Assembly: GCA_035946615.1 (NCBI GenBank)
Contig: DASYZB010000116.1
Location: forward strand, 16,545 to 80,544
Reading direction: 5' to 3'
Length of the DNA stretch: 64,000 bases
Origin: Verrucomicrobiia bacterium
GTDB lineage: Bacteria > Verrucomicrobiota > Verrucomicrobiia > Limisphaerales > UBA8199
Part shown: in pieces, positions 18,025-26,764 of the stretch
Layout of the letters: each line of letters begins with the position of its first letter
Position numbering within the stretch: the stretch's first letter is position 1
Made by a program: the position numbers and the translations under genes
The notes under the pieces: model-generated
What the model was told of the DNA's origin: nothing
Databases searched by the model: none
What the model saw: only the letters and a program-made list of their open reading frames with translations

Positions 18025-19637
18025 AAAGGCTTGCGGACTTCCAGGAAAATATTTGTTCCGGTCGGCTCGGCCACCACTTTGCACTGGTTGGGTGAGACCT
18101 GCTCCGGAGCCAAAGCAGCGAGTTGCCTGGCATCGCGATAAATCAGAAACCATTCCAGAAAGTGCTCGATGAAGTTTCTGACGGGCATGTTTGGGGCAAA
18201 GTTGCCCACGGTCAACAACCCGCCTGGACGCAAGTGGTCGTAGAGGTACGTATTGACGGCTTTGACAACACGATCATTGAGGTAGTCGTAGAGGCCAGAG
18301 CAATAAATCAGGTCATAGCCCTCCTCGCCCGCAACCGGTTTGCCGTTGGCTTTCAACATTTGGTGGACCGATTTCTTGACCAGGGCTACTGAAGTCTTGA
18401 GATGATGTCTCTTTTTGACATGCTCCATTCGGGCGCCGGCATATCCCAAGGTTTCCGAATCAAAATCCAACAGATGAAACTCCGCGCAATCGGCCAGCGG
18501 ATGTCCAGAGAGAAAATTCTCCACCTCTCGGGCGGGGCCGCAGGCGATATTGTAAATCCTTGCTGTTCGTCCGAGTCTCGCAATCCGGCAGGTTTCCTCA
18601 GTGATCTTGCCGCAGAGATAATCGGCGCGGTTTCTCACCGCCTGCGGTCCAATCTGATCGAGCAAATAGGCGTTGGTTAGTTTAGCGTAAAGCGAGTTTC
18701 CCTCCAGACCGTTGCGAAAAATCATGTTCATCATTTCGTAATCACCTGCGTAGCCCAGTGGCTTAGCGTACGTGCGGTGAATGAAGGGGGCGCACAGCAA
18801 GTGAGGGTGGAGTTGACGCTGGCCAAAAGCGCGATGGGCCGCCTGGAAATCGGGTTCGATCCTGGCGCATATCGCCTCAAAACGCTCAAAGATGTTGCCC
18901 AGGGTAGAAGCCACCTGGCTTCGCAACCCATGCGCGATGTCCGACTCAATTCTGGTCCGGTCCATAGACGCGGAGGCTTGGAGAGTCAGTTCCACCTGTT
19001 CGAGCCATAAACGCAAGCTGGATAGAAATGTTTGGAGATCGGCGATGACGACCTTGTAATCATGATTTAGCCGATAAAACTTTTGCCAGCACTTCAGGAA
19101 CTCCCCGAAGCCATTTAAATAAATCTCCTCCGGGTCGTGGAGCGCAAGGGAGCCCCACCCTGGCAGCGGTGTAGGCAGAGCTGCTTCGCATGCTGTGGCC
19201 GTGCCGGTATTGACCAGGCTGCTGACGACCGCTTTGCCACTGTAAACCGGGCGCTTGCCAGCAAGTATTTCGAAGTCATTTAACACCTCCGATACTCTGA
19301 GAACAATTCCCGGACCGTACATCTCGAACGAGACGGAGTGGGGTGTAAGGCGCGCGACAGTTGCCTGGCCTTCGATGCCACTGCTGGTCTTGAAAGTCAC
19401 CGCACTGGCCAGGGGTATCGATGTCGTCGCCATCGGCAGATCGGAGATTTCTTGCATGCGTGCAACCATTTGCGCAATAACCGTGCCTAAATCAGGCCGA
19501 AACCTGAGCCATCCAGATTCGTTGGTGTATAGGAAACCAAAAGTCTCCCGCTGATCCAAGCTCCAATGACGCGCGGCCACGGTACGCCCCCATGGGCAAC
19601 ACAGTTGGTGCGGTAGTTGCTCTTGTAGCAGAATCAT
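18021..19637 (-). CDS. class I SAM-dependent methyltransferase with N-terminal beta-rich (PilZ-like) region; PhcB-like
   Basis: SAM motif I 'IYNIACGPAREV', post-I 'HLLDFD', and 'YDLIYCSGLYDYLNDRV...LRPGGLLTVGNF'. First gene of the kinase operon. Confidence 0.75.
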   Translation of the reverse strand: MILLQEQLPHQLCCPWGRTVAARHWSLDQRETFGFLYTNESGWLRFRPDLGTVIAQMVARMQEISDLPMATTSIPLASAVTFKTSSGIEGQATVARLTPHSVSFEMYGPGIVLRVSEVLNDFEILAGKRPVYSGKAVVSSLVNTGTATACEAALPTPLPGWGSLALHDPEEIYLNGFGEFLKCWQKFYRLNHDYKVVIADLQTFLSSLRLWLEQVELTLQASASMDRTRIESDIAHGLRSQVASTLGNIFERFEAICARIEPDFQAAHRAFGQRQLHPHLLCAPFIHRTYAKPLGYAGDYEMMNMIFRNGLEGNSLYAKLTNAYLLDQIGPQAVRNRADYLCGKITEETCRIARLGRTARIYNIACGPAREVENFLSGHPLADCAEFHLLDFDSETLGYAGARMEHVKKRHHLKTSVALVKKSVHQMLKANGKPVAGEEGYDLIYCSGLYDYLNDRVVKAVNTYLYDHLRPGGLLTVGNFAPNMPVRNFIEHFLEWFLIYRDARQLAALAPEQVSPNQCKVVAEPTGTNIFLEVRKPL

Positions 19638-19701
19638 CGCCCGCGCAGCCTTTCTGCGGGTTGGTTTCAGGACACTGTAATCTAAATAAAAGACATAAAT
19701 T

Positions 19702-20931
19702 ATGGCAAATACACCGAAGTTCGCGCGGATTCGGCTTAGCCATGCGCGATTAAATCAACTGTTTGTGGTTTTGGTCCTGGGCCTGAGTCAATGGCCGAGG
19801 GAGTGTTTGGCGATCGGTTCGCGGATCCCCAACCAGGATGCCGAGGCGATTGGGCGTGGCAACGCATTCGTTGCCACAGCGGATGATCCTGCGGCCATCT
19901 ATTATAACCCGGCCGGAATCACCCAACTGGACGGCCAGAACGTCCAAGTGGGATCGCTCTTTTACCTCGGCATCGATGCGGATTACAAATCGCCCTCGGG
20001 GCAGGTCACGCAGAATAAACGAAACATCATTCCCGTACCGCAACTGGATTATGCTTTTACGCCCAAGGGCCAGCCGTTTTCCTTCGGATTGGGGGTTTAC
20101 GCCCCGTTCGGGTTGGGAATGGAATGGCCGGATAGCGCGCCGTTCCGCAGCGCGGGGCTCAAGGCCGATCTGACCTACCTGACCATCAATCCGGTTGTTG
20201 CTTGGCGCCCACTCTCCACGCTCTCTATCGCGGTGGGCCCGACGTTCAATTATTCGCAGGCGGAATTGGACCAGGGCATCCTGGTGTCTCCCTACCAGCT
20301 TAAGTTCAAAGGCCGGGATTGGGCTTACGGTTTCAATGCCGGTATTTTGTGGCAACCGCATGCCATGTGGTCGTTCGGCGCAAAATACTTTAGCGCGACC
20401 ACCATGGATTATAACGGAACCGCCTCTTTCAATCCGGCGTCCCCTTTCCTGCCCCCGCCCGCATCGACCAAAACTCACCTTGATTTCCCTCAGATGGTTA
20501 GCGGTGGAGTTTCTTTCCGCCCAACGACCAATTGGAATTTCGAGGTGGATATCGATTGGACAGATTGGGACAGAGTCAAGAGCGCGGTCATCGATGGGGT
20601 TGGCGCTCTGCCGTTGAATTGGCAGTCCAGTTTCTTCTATGAATTTGGCGTCACGCGCCAGCTTGGATGCGGTTATTACGTCAGCGCAGGTTATTTTTAC
20701 AGTGAAGCCTCCACCCCGGACCAGTATTATACGCCTCTGGTGCCGGACACGAACCTGCATGTCGGCAGCCTTGGAGTTGGGCATCGCGGGCAGCATTTCG
20801 ATTGGGCTTTGGCGGGCCAGATCATCGGCGGAGCGTACCGCAACGTGCAAGGATCGGTGAACCCATCCGTCAACGGCAGCTATCGCCTTTTTACCCCAAC
20901 GGTCTCCTTTAGTGTCGGTTATCATTTTTAA
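19702..20931 (+). CDS. outer-membrane transport protein, OMPP1/FadL/TodX family
   Basis: 'QDAEAIGRGNAFVATADDPAAIYYNPAGI' is the conserved FadL N-terminal hatch motif. Alternating beta-strand pattern with a C-terminal 'VSFSVGYHF'. Confidence 0.8.
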   Translation: MANTPKFARIRLSHARLNQLFVVLVLGLSQWPRECLAIGSRIPNQDAEAIGRGNAFVATADDPAAIYYNPAGITQLDGQNVQVGSLFYLGIDADYKSPSGQVTQNKRNIIPVPQLDYAFTPKGQPFSFGLGVYAPFGLGMEWPDSAPFRSAGLKADLTYLTINPVVAWRPLSTLSIAVGPTFNYSQAELDQGILVSPYQLKFKGRDWAYGFNAGILWQPHAMWSFGAKYFSATTMDYNGTASFNPASPFLPPPASTKTHLDFPQMVSGGVSFRPTTNWNFEVDIDWTDWDRVKSAVIDGVGALPLNWQSSFFYEFGVTRQLGCGYYVSAGYFYSEASTPDQYYTPLVPDTNLHVGSLGVGHRGQHFDWALAGQIIGGAYRNVQGSVNPSVNGSYRLFTPTVSFSVGYHF

Positions 20932-21240
20932 TCCTGCGTCACGCCGGTAGGCTCGGGTGGCCTGTCCCCGAAAACCGTGTCGAGCGCGCTTCCAACTCGG
21001 GGGCAAAGCCGTCCCTGCCCCGCCGCGAGTCTGACTCGCGAATCATGCTCATGTCCAGATGTGGCCGCAACGTGAGCAGACGCTTCTTGTTCATTTCGAG
21101 ATGCCGCGGTTTGCTCCAACGTACCCCAATAGCCGATAGCAAATGGCCGAGCGCAAATTAAGGCGGGGTAATGCGGAGAAGAGGCGGGAGGGTCAATTAT
21201 GGGTGAAATGGTCATGTATTTGCGGGCCGGGGATTTTTTG

Positions 21241-21280
21241 GTTGGACCAGGGTTGACCAGGGTTGACTTTCATTGACTTT
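21241..21280 (+). promoter_or_regulatory. four phased TTGAC(C/T) direct repeats (iteron/operator-like)
   Basis: In 'gttggaccagg gttgaccagg gttgactttca ttgacttt' the repeats are spaced 10-11 bp apart. Confidence 0.4.
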
Positions 21281-21462
21281 GAAAGGGGCATGGGCGACCA
21301 GGGGTTTGGGGGGGCGGGTGCGTTCGAGGGGGTGGGAAATAAGCAGATGGCAAATAGCGATAGCCAATCGCCAATCGCCGAGCGCAAATGGGCGAGAGCA
21401 GTGACGGATGGTGAGGAGATTTGAATTGGGGGCATCGTTGTGCCGTGTGGGATTGGATGTGG

Positions 21463-22169
21463 TTAGATGTAGGCGAGGGGATCGGGGTCGGGGAGGTCCT
21501 CGACGGGTTTGGAGATGCCCAGGAGTTGCTGGTCGATGAGGTGGACGACTTTGCGGCGCTCTTTTTCCGGGTCGCGATGGGGGTAAAGTTTGGAGTTGAT
21601 GTCGGGGCGTTTGGTCCAGGCCCAGAAGAGCTGGTCGAGCTCTTGCTGGGATTTGGATTGGGTGATGGAAAGGCGCTGTTGTTCGAGGGTGAGGCGGCGG
21701 GAGACGAGTTCGCCGCGTCTAAGGGCGACGACGCCGGTGAGGAACTCGTGGATTTGGCGGAGTTCGGCATTGGGGTCGTGGGCGACGGGGGAATCCTGGG
21801 CAAGAGCGGCAAGACCCAGAAGGAGGTAATGGACGAGGTTATCGAGCATCGGGCCGGATTCGTGCTGGGCGGGCGAGGCAGGTCCGGGCCGGCATCGGAG
21901 AGAAATTCCAAGGCGGCCTGGCGCATTTGCCAGCGAGGGAGAGATTTTTTGCAATACTTGGAGAGGTTTTGTTTGGTAATGGGCCGTCCATCGAACTGGG
22001 TTTTGAGGATGGCCTGAACCTTGGGCAGGGCATTGATCCATTTGAGGATTTGGGCGCCGGAGGCGCCGTCATTGAGGCGGTGGTTGAGCTGGTCGCGGAT
22101 TTGGTGAGGGAGGCGGAGGAGTTTGCCGGGCATAGGATTGGGGATGGTGGCGCGATTACTAACAGACAT
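21463..22169 (-). pseudogene. frameshifted phage-remnant gene (HTH-like N-terminus)
   Basis: The N-terminal ~100 aa lie in the frame of ORF 21270..22169 ('LPHQIRDQLNHRLNDGASGAQILKWINALPKV...'). That frame then decays into P/S/T-rich nonsense. Protein-like sequence resumes in the frame of ORF 21463..22041 ('MLDNLVHYLLLGLAALAQ...RRLTLEQQRLSITQSKSQQELDQLFWAW...'). The switch is near 21870..21900. Confidence 0.5.
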
Positions 22170-22987
22170 AGGCCCAGGGTTCCTCTTTTTGGTTGGCGTG
22201 GGTGTGGGATGCGAGGGCGGCGGCCCAGGCGATGTCGCAGTGGCTGGCAGGGTTAAAGGTGTTGCGGCCTTCGGTGAAAATCCATTTTGTGCCGGTGTAA
22301 CTTTTGCGAAGGGCGAAGAAATCGGCGGCGATGTCTTGCTCGCTGCGGGGGAAGCGTTTTTCAGCGGTGGAGAGCTGGTTCATGAGAGCGAAGCCGAGGT
22401 CGTGTTTTTTGGAGGCGAGGTTGACCTTGAGGAATCGGCTGGAGAATTGGGAAGCGGCTTCCCAGCAAATTTGGCGGCCAAGGCCGGACTCATCTCCTGC
22501 GGCGCGGAGACGAGGCAAGCGGCGGAGGAGGTAGAAGAGAACGGTTTTGAGGAAATGCCAGTCTTCGGTGCGGGCGGTGATTAGAGCGCGGAGAGAGAGT
22601 TGGGAGGCTTCGGGAGCATCGATATAGAAAGCGGCGAGGTCGCCCTGGCCGGAGGCGGCGACATCGAAACCGAGACGGAACTCGGCGGAGCGATTGGGGG
22701 AACTCAAGGGACTCGTCCCTCCGAGGAGGGCTGGGAACTTTTGGTGGAGGAACAGTTGGATTTTTTCTTCGCGGTCATCGGCAGAACGGGGATTAAACTG
22801 GCCGAAGAGGCGGAGGACGTCCTGGGCTTCGAGGTGGACGCGGTCGATGGGGTAATCGGAGCGGCAGCGTTCGATGGCGGACCATTGGACGATGGCGTTG
22901 GTTTGGGCGCCGAGTGGGTTGCACATGTAGGCCTGCTCGAAGGTTTCGTCGGAGCCGGAGCGAGCGCGGCAATCGTCGAGGAACTGT
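22159..22987 (-). pseudogene. phage terminase large-subunit C-terminal (nuclease) fragment
   Basis: The open frame begins just after a TAG at 22988..22990 with '..FTIEQFLDDCRARSGSDETFEQAYMCNP'. It continues with RNase-H-like acidic motifs 'GFDVAASGQGDLAAFY', 'GDESGLG', 'HCDIAWAAALA'. No ATPase half lies upstream. Confidence 0.55.
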
Positions 22988-23143
22988 TCGATGGTGAAAT
23001 GGGCGCCCTACCGGCACGGCACCGCTACGCGGCGCGACTTTGTCCACTGGCCGGGCGCAAAGTCCGAGAGCAGCTTTGCTGCCAGTCTGAGCCATGGGGA
23101 ATGGCTTGTTGCCAGGGCTTTGGCATTGATGCATGATGCGGTC

Positions 23144-23815
23144 ATGAAAGTTCTCTTTTTGAGCATTTTTCTGCTCGGTCTGGCTTTGCCGGCGGCGGGT
23201 TTAGAGAGGGCAGATTTGGATTACCGCATACGGAAGTTGACGGTGAAGTTGGAGGCGATGCAAGCCAAGGCGGATAGGAGCATCCCGGCGCCGATGCTGC
23301 GGGCGGCCCAGGGGATCGTTCTGCTGGACCGGACGAAGGCGGGTTTTATTTTCGCGTACCAGGGCGGCAGCGGCATTGCGATGGTGCGCAATCCCCGGAA
23401 CGGGCAGTGGGGACCGCCGGCGTTTTTGAAGGCTAACGAGGCGAGCCTGGGTTTCCAGATAGGGGGGCAGCAGTCGTTTGTGGTGCTGCTGTTGATGAAC
23501 ACGAATGCGGTGCAGTTGCTGGCGCAGGGAACGGTCAAGGTCAGCGGGGAAGCGGCCGGGACGGCCGGGGATATCAGCCGCGGCACGGAAGCGGGGGTGT
23601 CCTCGCTTGAGCCGCTGATTCGGGTCTATACGGACAAGGAAGGGCTCTATGGGGGCGCGGCGGTGAAGGGGGATTTGCTTGCGCCGGACATCGATGCGAA
23701 TCTGGTGTACTACGACCAGAGCCTGACGTTGCCGGAAATACTTTTCAGCCGAAAGCTCAAGGTGAGCGAAGCGACTGCGGAATTGGCGGGGAAGCTGGGG
23801 CAGATGTCGCGGTGA
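23144..23815 (+). CDS. lipid-binding SYLF (DUF500/Ysc84-like) domain protein, secreted
   Basis: ATG at 23144 with signal peptide 'MKVLFLSIFLLGLALPAAG'. 'GFIFAYQGGSGIAMVRNPRNGQWGPPAFLKANEASLGFQIGGQQ' is the SYLF core. Confidence 0.75.
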   Translation: MKVLFLSIFLLGLALPAAGLERADLDYRIRKLTVKLEAMQAKADRSIPAPMLRAAQGIVLLDRTKAGFIFAYQGGSGIAMVRNPRNGQWGPPAFLKANEASLGFQIGGQQSFVVLLLMNTNAVQLLAQGTVKVSGEAAGTAGDISRGTEAGVSSLEPLIRVYTDKEGLYGGAAVKGDLLAPDIDANLVYYDQSLTLPEILFSRKLKVSEATAELAGKLGQMSR

Positions 23816-23933
23816 GGGCCATTGCTAAGAAGCGAATGAACGAATGAACTGCAAATGAACCATTCCTCACAACAGATTCTCGACCAATGTAATTCGGTAC
23901 TTCATCGATTTAAAGTTACCAATCAAAGGCCGT

Positions 23934-24033
23934 GTAATGCCTCAGTGACTCGGGGCTGCCGGCTGAAGCCGGCGTTCCGGACGCGCGGAACGCCGCCTTT
24001 AGGCGGCAGCGCCCGGCGTCACTAACCGATTAC
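23934..24033 (+). mobile_element. MITE copy 1 (100 bp) with 8-bp target-site duplication
   Basis: Termini 'gtaatgcctcagtgac' and 'gtcactaaccgattac' form imperfect inverted repeats. Flanked by a perfect direct repeat 'aaggccgt' (23926..23933 and 24034..24041). Confidence 0.9.
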
Positions 24034-24050
24034 AAGGCCGTTCTTCAAGC

Positions 24051-24932
24051 TCAGGATTCGCTGAAGGTCCGGCGCATGAAGCGGCAGTTGGCCTGGTAGC
24101 TTTGCAGGATGGGTTTGCCGGGAGGGACGGCCCCTTCGATTTGAATCCAACCCGCATACTGGATGTCGTCCATGGCGACGCGCGCCTTTTTGAAATCGAC
24201 TTTGCCCTGGCCAAGCAGGGCGCCATTTTCTTTGGCGTGAAATTCGCAAATGCGGTGGCCGAGCTGGCGGATTTCTCGGTAGATGTCGTAGCCCATATCG
24301 TTGGAGTTGCAGAGGTCGTAATAGACTTTGACGGCGGGTGACCCGACGCGGTCGAGAATCTCGATGTGCTGGTCGGCGCTGAGCCAGCTTTCGATGCCCA
24401 GGGCGACGCCGGCCTTCTCGGCTTTGGGGGCGACCGCTTTGAGCCGGCGCACGACTTCGTCTGTGCCGGCTTTATCACCGCGCAAATCGTCATTGCTGAA
24501 GAAGGCGAGCAAGACGACGCGCAGTCCGAGGGCCTGGCAGACATCGATGCTGTCGCTGACCCATTGGATGGTGCGCGGGTCGCTCTTGAAAGGGATTTCG
24601 TTGAGTTCGCCGATGGCCAGTGAGGCGATGTGGAGGCCGGCGTCTTTGGCGGCGTCTTTATACTGCTGTTGCACCTTGGGCAGGCGCAGGCGCATCCCGT
24701 TTGCGGCGGTGGCCAGGCTCACCTGGACGCCGTCCAGGCCGATTTGGCGGGCGAGGTCGAATGCCGTGGGGTCGCCCATTTTGCCGATAGACCAATCGCA
24801 AGCGCCAATTTTGAAGCGGCGCTGAGCGGGGTCGGCGAGCAACGGGGCGAGGTTGGGGGTTAAAGCGGCGCCCGCTGCGGCGAGGGCGGTTCGGCGGAGC
24901 ATCGAGCGGCGAGAGAGAGGAGAGGCAAGCAT
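24051..24932 (-). CDS. TAT-exported sugar phosphate isomerase/epimerase (xylose isomerase-like TIM barrel)
   Basis: Twin-arginine leader 'SRRSMLRRTALAAAGAAL'. Also 'LGLRVVLLAFF', 'VALGIESW', 'EFHAKENG', typical of AP endonuclease 2/xylose-isomerase-like barrels. Confidence 0.8.
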   Translation of the reverse strand: MLASPLSRRSMLRRTALAAAGAALTPNLAPLLADPAQRRFKIGACDWSIGKMGDPTAFDLARQIGLDGVQVSLATAANGMRLRLPKVQQQYKDAAKDAGLHIASLAIGELNEIPFKSDPRTIQWVSDSIDVCQALGLRVVLLAFFSNDDLRGDKAGTDEVVRRLKAVAPKAEKAGVALGIESWLSADQHIEILDRVGSPAVKVYYDLCNSNDMGYDIYREIRQLGHRICEFHAKENGALLGQGKVDFKKARVAMDDIQYAGWIQIEGAVPPGKPILQSYQANCRFMRRTFSES

Positions 24933-25165
24933 TTGAAATCGAAGCTAATGGGGCGGCATTGGAGCGGCAACAAGAAAGAGGTTTTAGTGGGAGAGGGAGA
25001 ACCATTGGCCACATTAAGGTGTAGTTCATGTTGGGGGACTGCTGGGGGCGGGGTCATTGGGCATCGAGCATTGAGCATTTTGGATTCTTCATTGTAAGAC
25101 TTGGCGTGCCTGGCTTGTCGGTCGCCAAAGGCCAGTGGGGACCTTAATTGTCTCGATCGAATGGG

Positions 25166-26755
25166 TCAATGGCCGATGCCTGGGGCGGCTTTTCGCGAGA
25201 CCCTCTTGAAGAGGAACACCATCGGGATACAGCAGAGAGAAAACACGCCGAACAGGCGGAAATTCTCGACAAAGGCCCAGAGGCTGGCCTGGCCCTGCAA
25301 GAGGTTATAAATAAGGCCCTGGGCTTGCGCGTGGGCCAGGACCGGCCCGCTTTGGGGCGTGAGGGCGCGGGTCAGCCCGGCGACGGTCTGGACATAGACA
25401 GTGTTGAAGGGGGTCAAGTGAGCGACCATATAGGCATGGTGGACTTGGGCGCGGCGGATGATCATGGTGCTGACCAGGGCGATGCCGAAACTGCCGCCCA
25501 GATTGCGCATGAGGTTATAAATACCGGTGGCGTTGCCCATTTGTTCCTGGCGCAAATGGCCGACTGCGGCGGTAGTCAAAGGGGTAAAGATGAAGCTGAT
25601 AGCAACGCCGTTGAGCACGCTGGGCCAGATGACGTTCCACAAGCCGATTTGCAGATCGATATGCCCCAGCCAAAAGGAAGACAGCGCCAGCAAACCAAAG
25701 CCGAAGGCGATAAGCACGCGGTTGCGAACCCGCCCGACGAGCCGGCCAACAATGAAGGTCGTGATAAAAGCCCCGACGCCGCGCGGGCTGAGGGCCAGGC
25801 CGCTTTCCAGGGCCGGGTACCCCATGAGCGTCTGCAAAAAGATCGGCAGGGCCGCCGTGGTCCCATAAAGCACGGCGCCCAAGGTGGTAATGAGCAGGAC
25901 CCCGGCGGCGAAGTTGCGATTCTTGAGGACGCACAGATCGACGATGGGATGGGCAATGGTGAGCTGGCGGACCACAAACCCCAGGAAGGCAAAAATCGAG
26001 ACTACCGCGAACCAGCGAATCCAAACCGAGGCGAACCAATCCTCCTGCTGGCCCTTATCGAGGATGATCTGCAAGGTGCCCAGCCAAAGCGCCAGCAGAC
26101 CGAAGCCGGCGAAGTCAATGCGCTCGATGCGGGCAAAGCGGATATAGGGCGGGTCTTCGACAAAGGCCTGGACCATCAAGATGGCCATTAACCCCACGGG
26201 CACGTTGATATTAAAAATCCAGCGCCAGGAATAGTTGTCAGTAATCCACCCGCCCAAGGTGGGGCCTAAAATGGGGGCGACGACCACGCCCATGCCGAAG
26301 GTGGCCATGGCGACGCCGCGTTTTTCTGGAGGGAAACTTTCGAGCAACACCGCCTGGGAGACCGGGATGAGCGCGCCGCCACCGGCGCCTTGAATGACGC
26401 GAGCGATGATGAGGAATTGCAGATTGGGCGCTATGCCGCAGAGGACTGAGGCCACGGTAAAGATAGCAATGCAAGTGGTCAGAAGGCGGCGCCGCCCGAG
26501 GAACATCCCGAGCCAGCCGGTGATAGGCAGCACGATGGCATTGGAAACCAGATAACTTGTCAAGACCCAGGTGGCCTCTTCGGGGGTCACCGAGAGGTTG
26601 CCGGCAATGTGCGGCAAGGCCACGTTGGCGACGGAGGTATCGAGAATCTCCATGAAAGTGGCTGCCATCACCGCAACGGCAATCACCCACGGATTATGGC
26701 TCGGACGCCACTGCCCGGATGCGCCGCCCGCCATGGTTGGTGTGCCCTCAGCCAT
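25166..26755 (-). CDS. DHA2-family MFS drug efflux transporter (EmrB/QacA-like, 14 TM)
   Basis: 'FMEILDTSVANVALPHIAGNL', 'GWLGMFLGRRRLL' and 'IARVIQGAGGGALIP' are EmrB-family signatures. Confidence 0.9.
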   Translation of the reverse strand: MAEGTPTMAGGASGQWRPSHNPWVIAVAVMAATFMEILDTSVANVALPHIAGNLSVTPEEATWVLTSYLVSNAIVLPITGWLGMFLGRRRLLTTCIAIFTVASVLCGIAPNLQFLIIARVIQGAGGGALIPVSQAVLLESFPPEKRGVAMATFGMGVVVAPILGPTLGGWITDNYSWRWIFNINVPVGLMAILMVQAFVEDPPYIRFARIERIDFAGFGLLALWLGTLQIILDKGQQEDWFASVWIRWFAVVSIFAFLGFVVRQLTIAHPIVDLCVLKNRNFAAGVLLITTLGAVLYGTTAALPIFLQTLMGYPALESGLALSPRGVGAFITTFIVGRLVGRVRNRVLIAFGFGLLALSSFWLGHIDLQIGLWNVIWPSVLNGVAISFIFTPLTTAAVGHLRQEQMGNATGIYNLMRNLGGSFGIALVSTMIIRRAQVHHAYMVAHLTPFNTVYVQTVAGLTRALTPQSGPVLAHAQAQGLIYNLLQGQASLWAFVENFRLFGVFSLCCIPMVFLFKRVSRKAAPGIGH

Positions 26756-26764
26756 GTCAGCTTT

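Noticed and set aside
21270-21462. P/S/T-rich 200-residue tail of the 299-aa ORF, which could be read as a low-complexity or mucin-like protein.
   Set aside because: An alternative frame over the same DNA gives ordinary protein-like sequence that continues the N-terminal part. The tail is best explained as an out-of-frame read after a frameshift.
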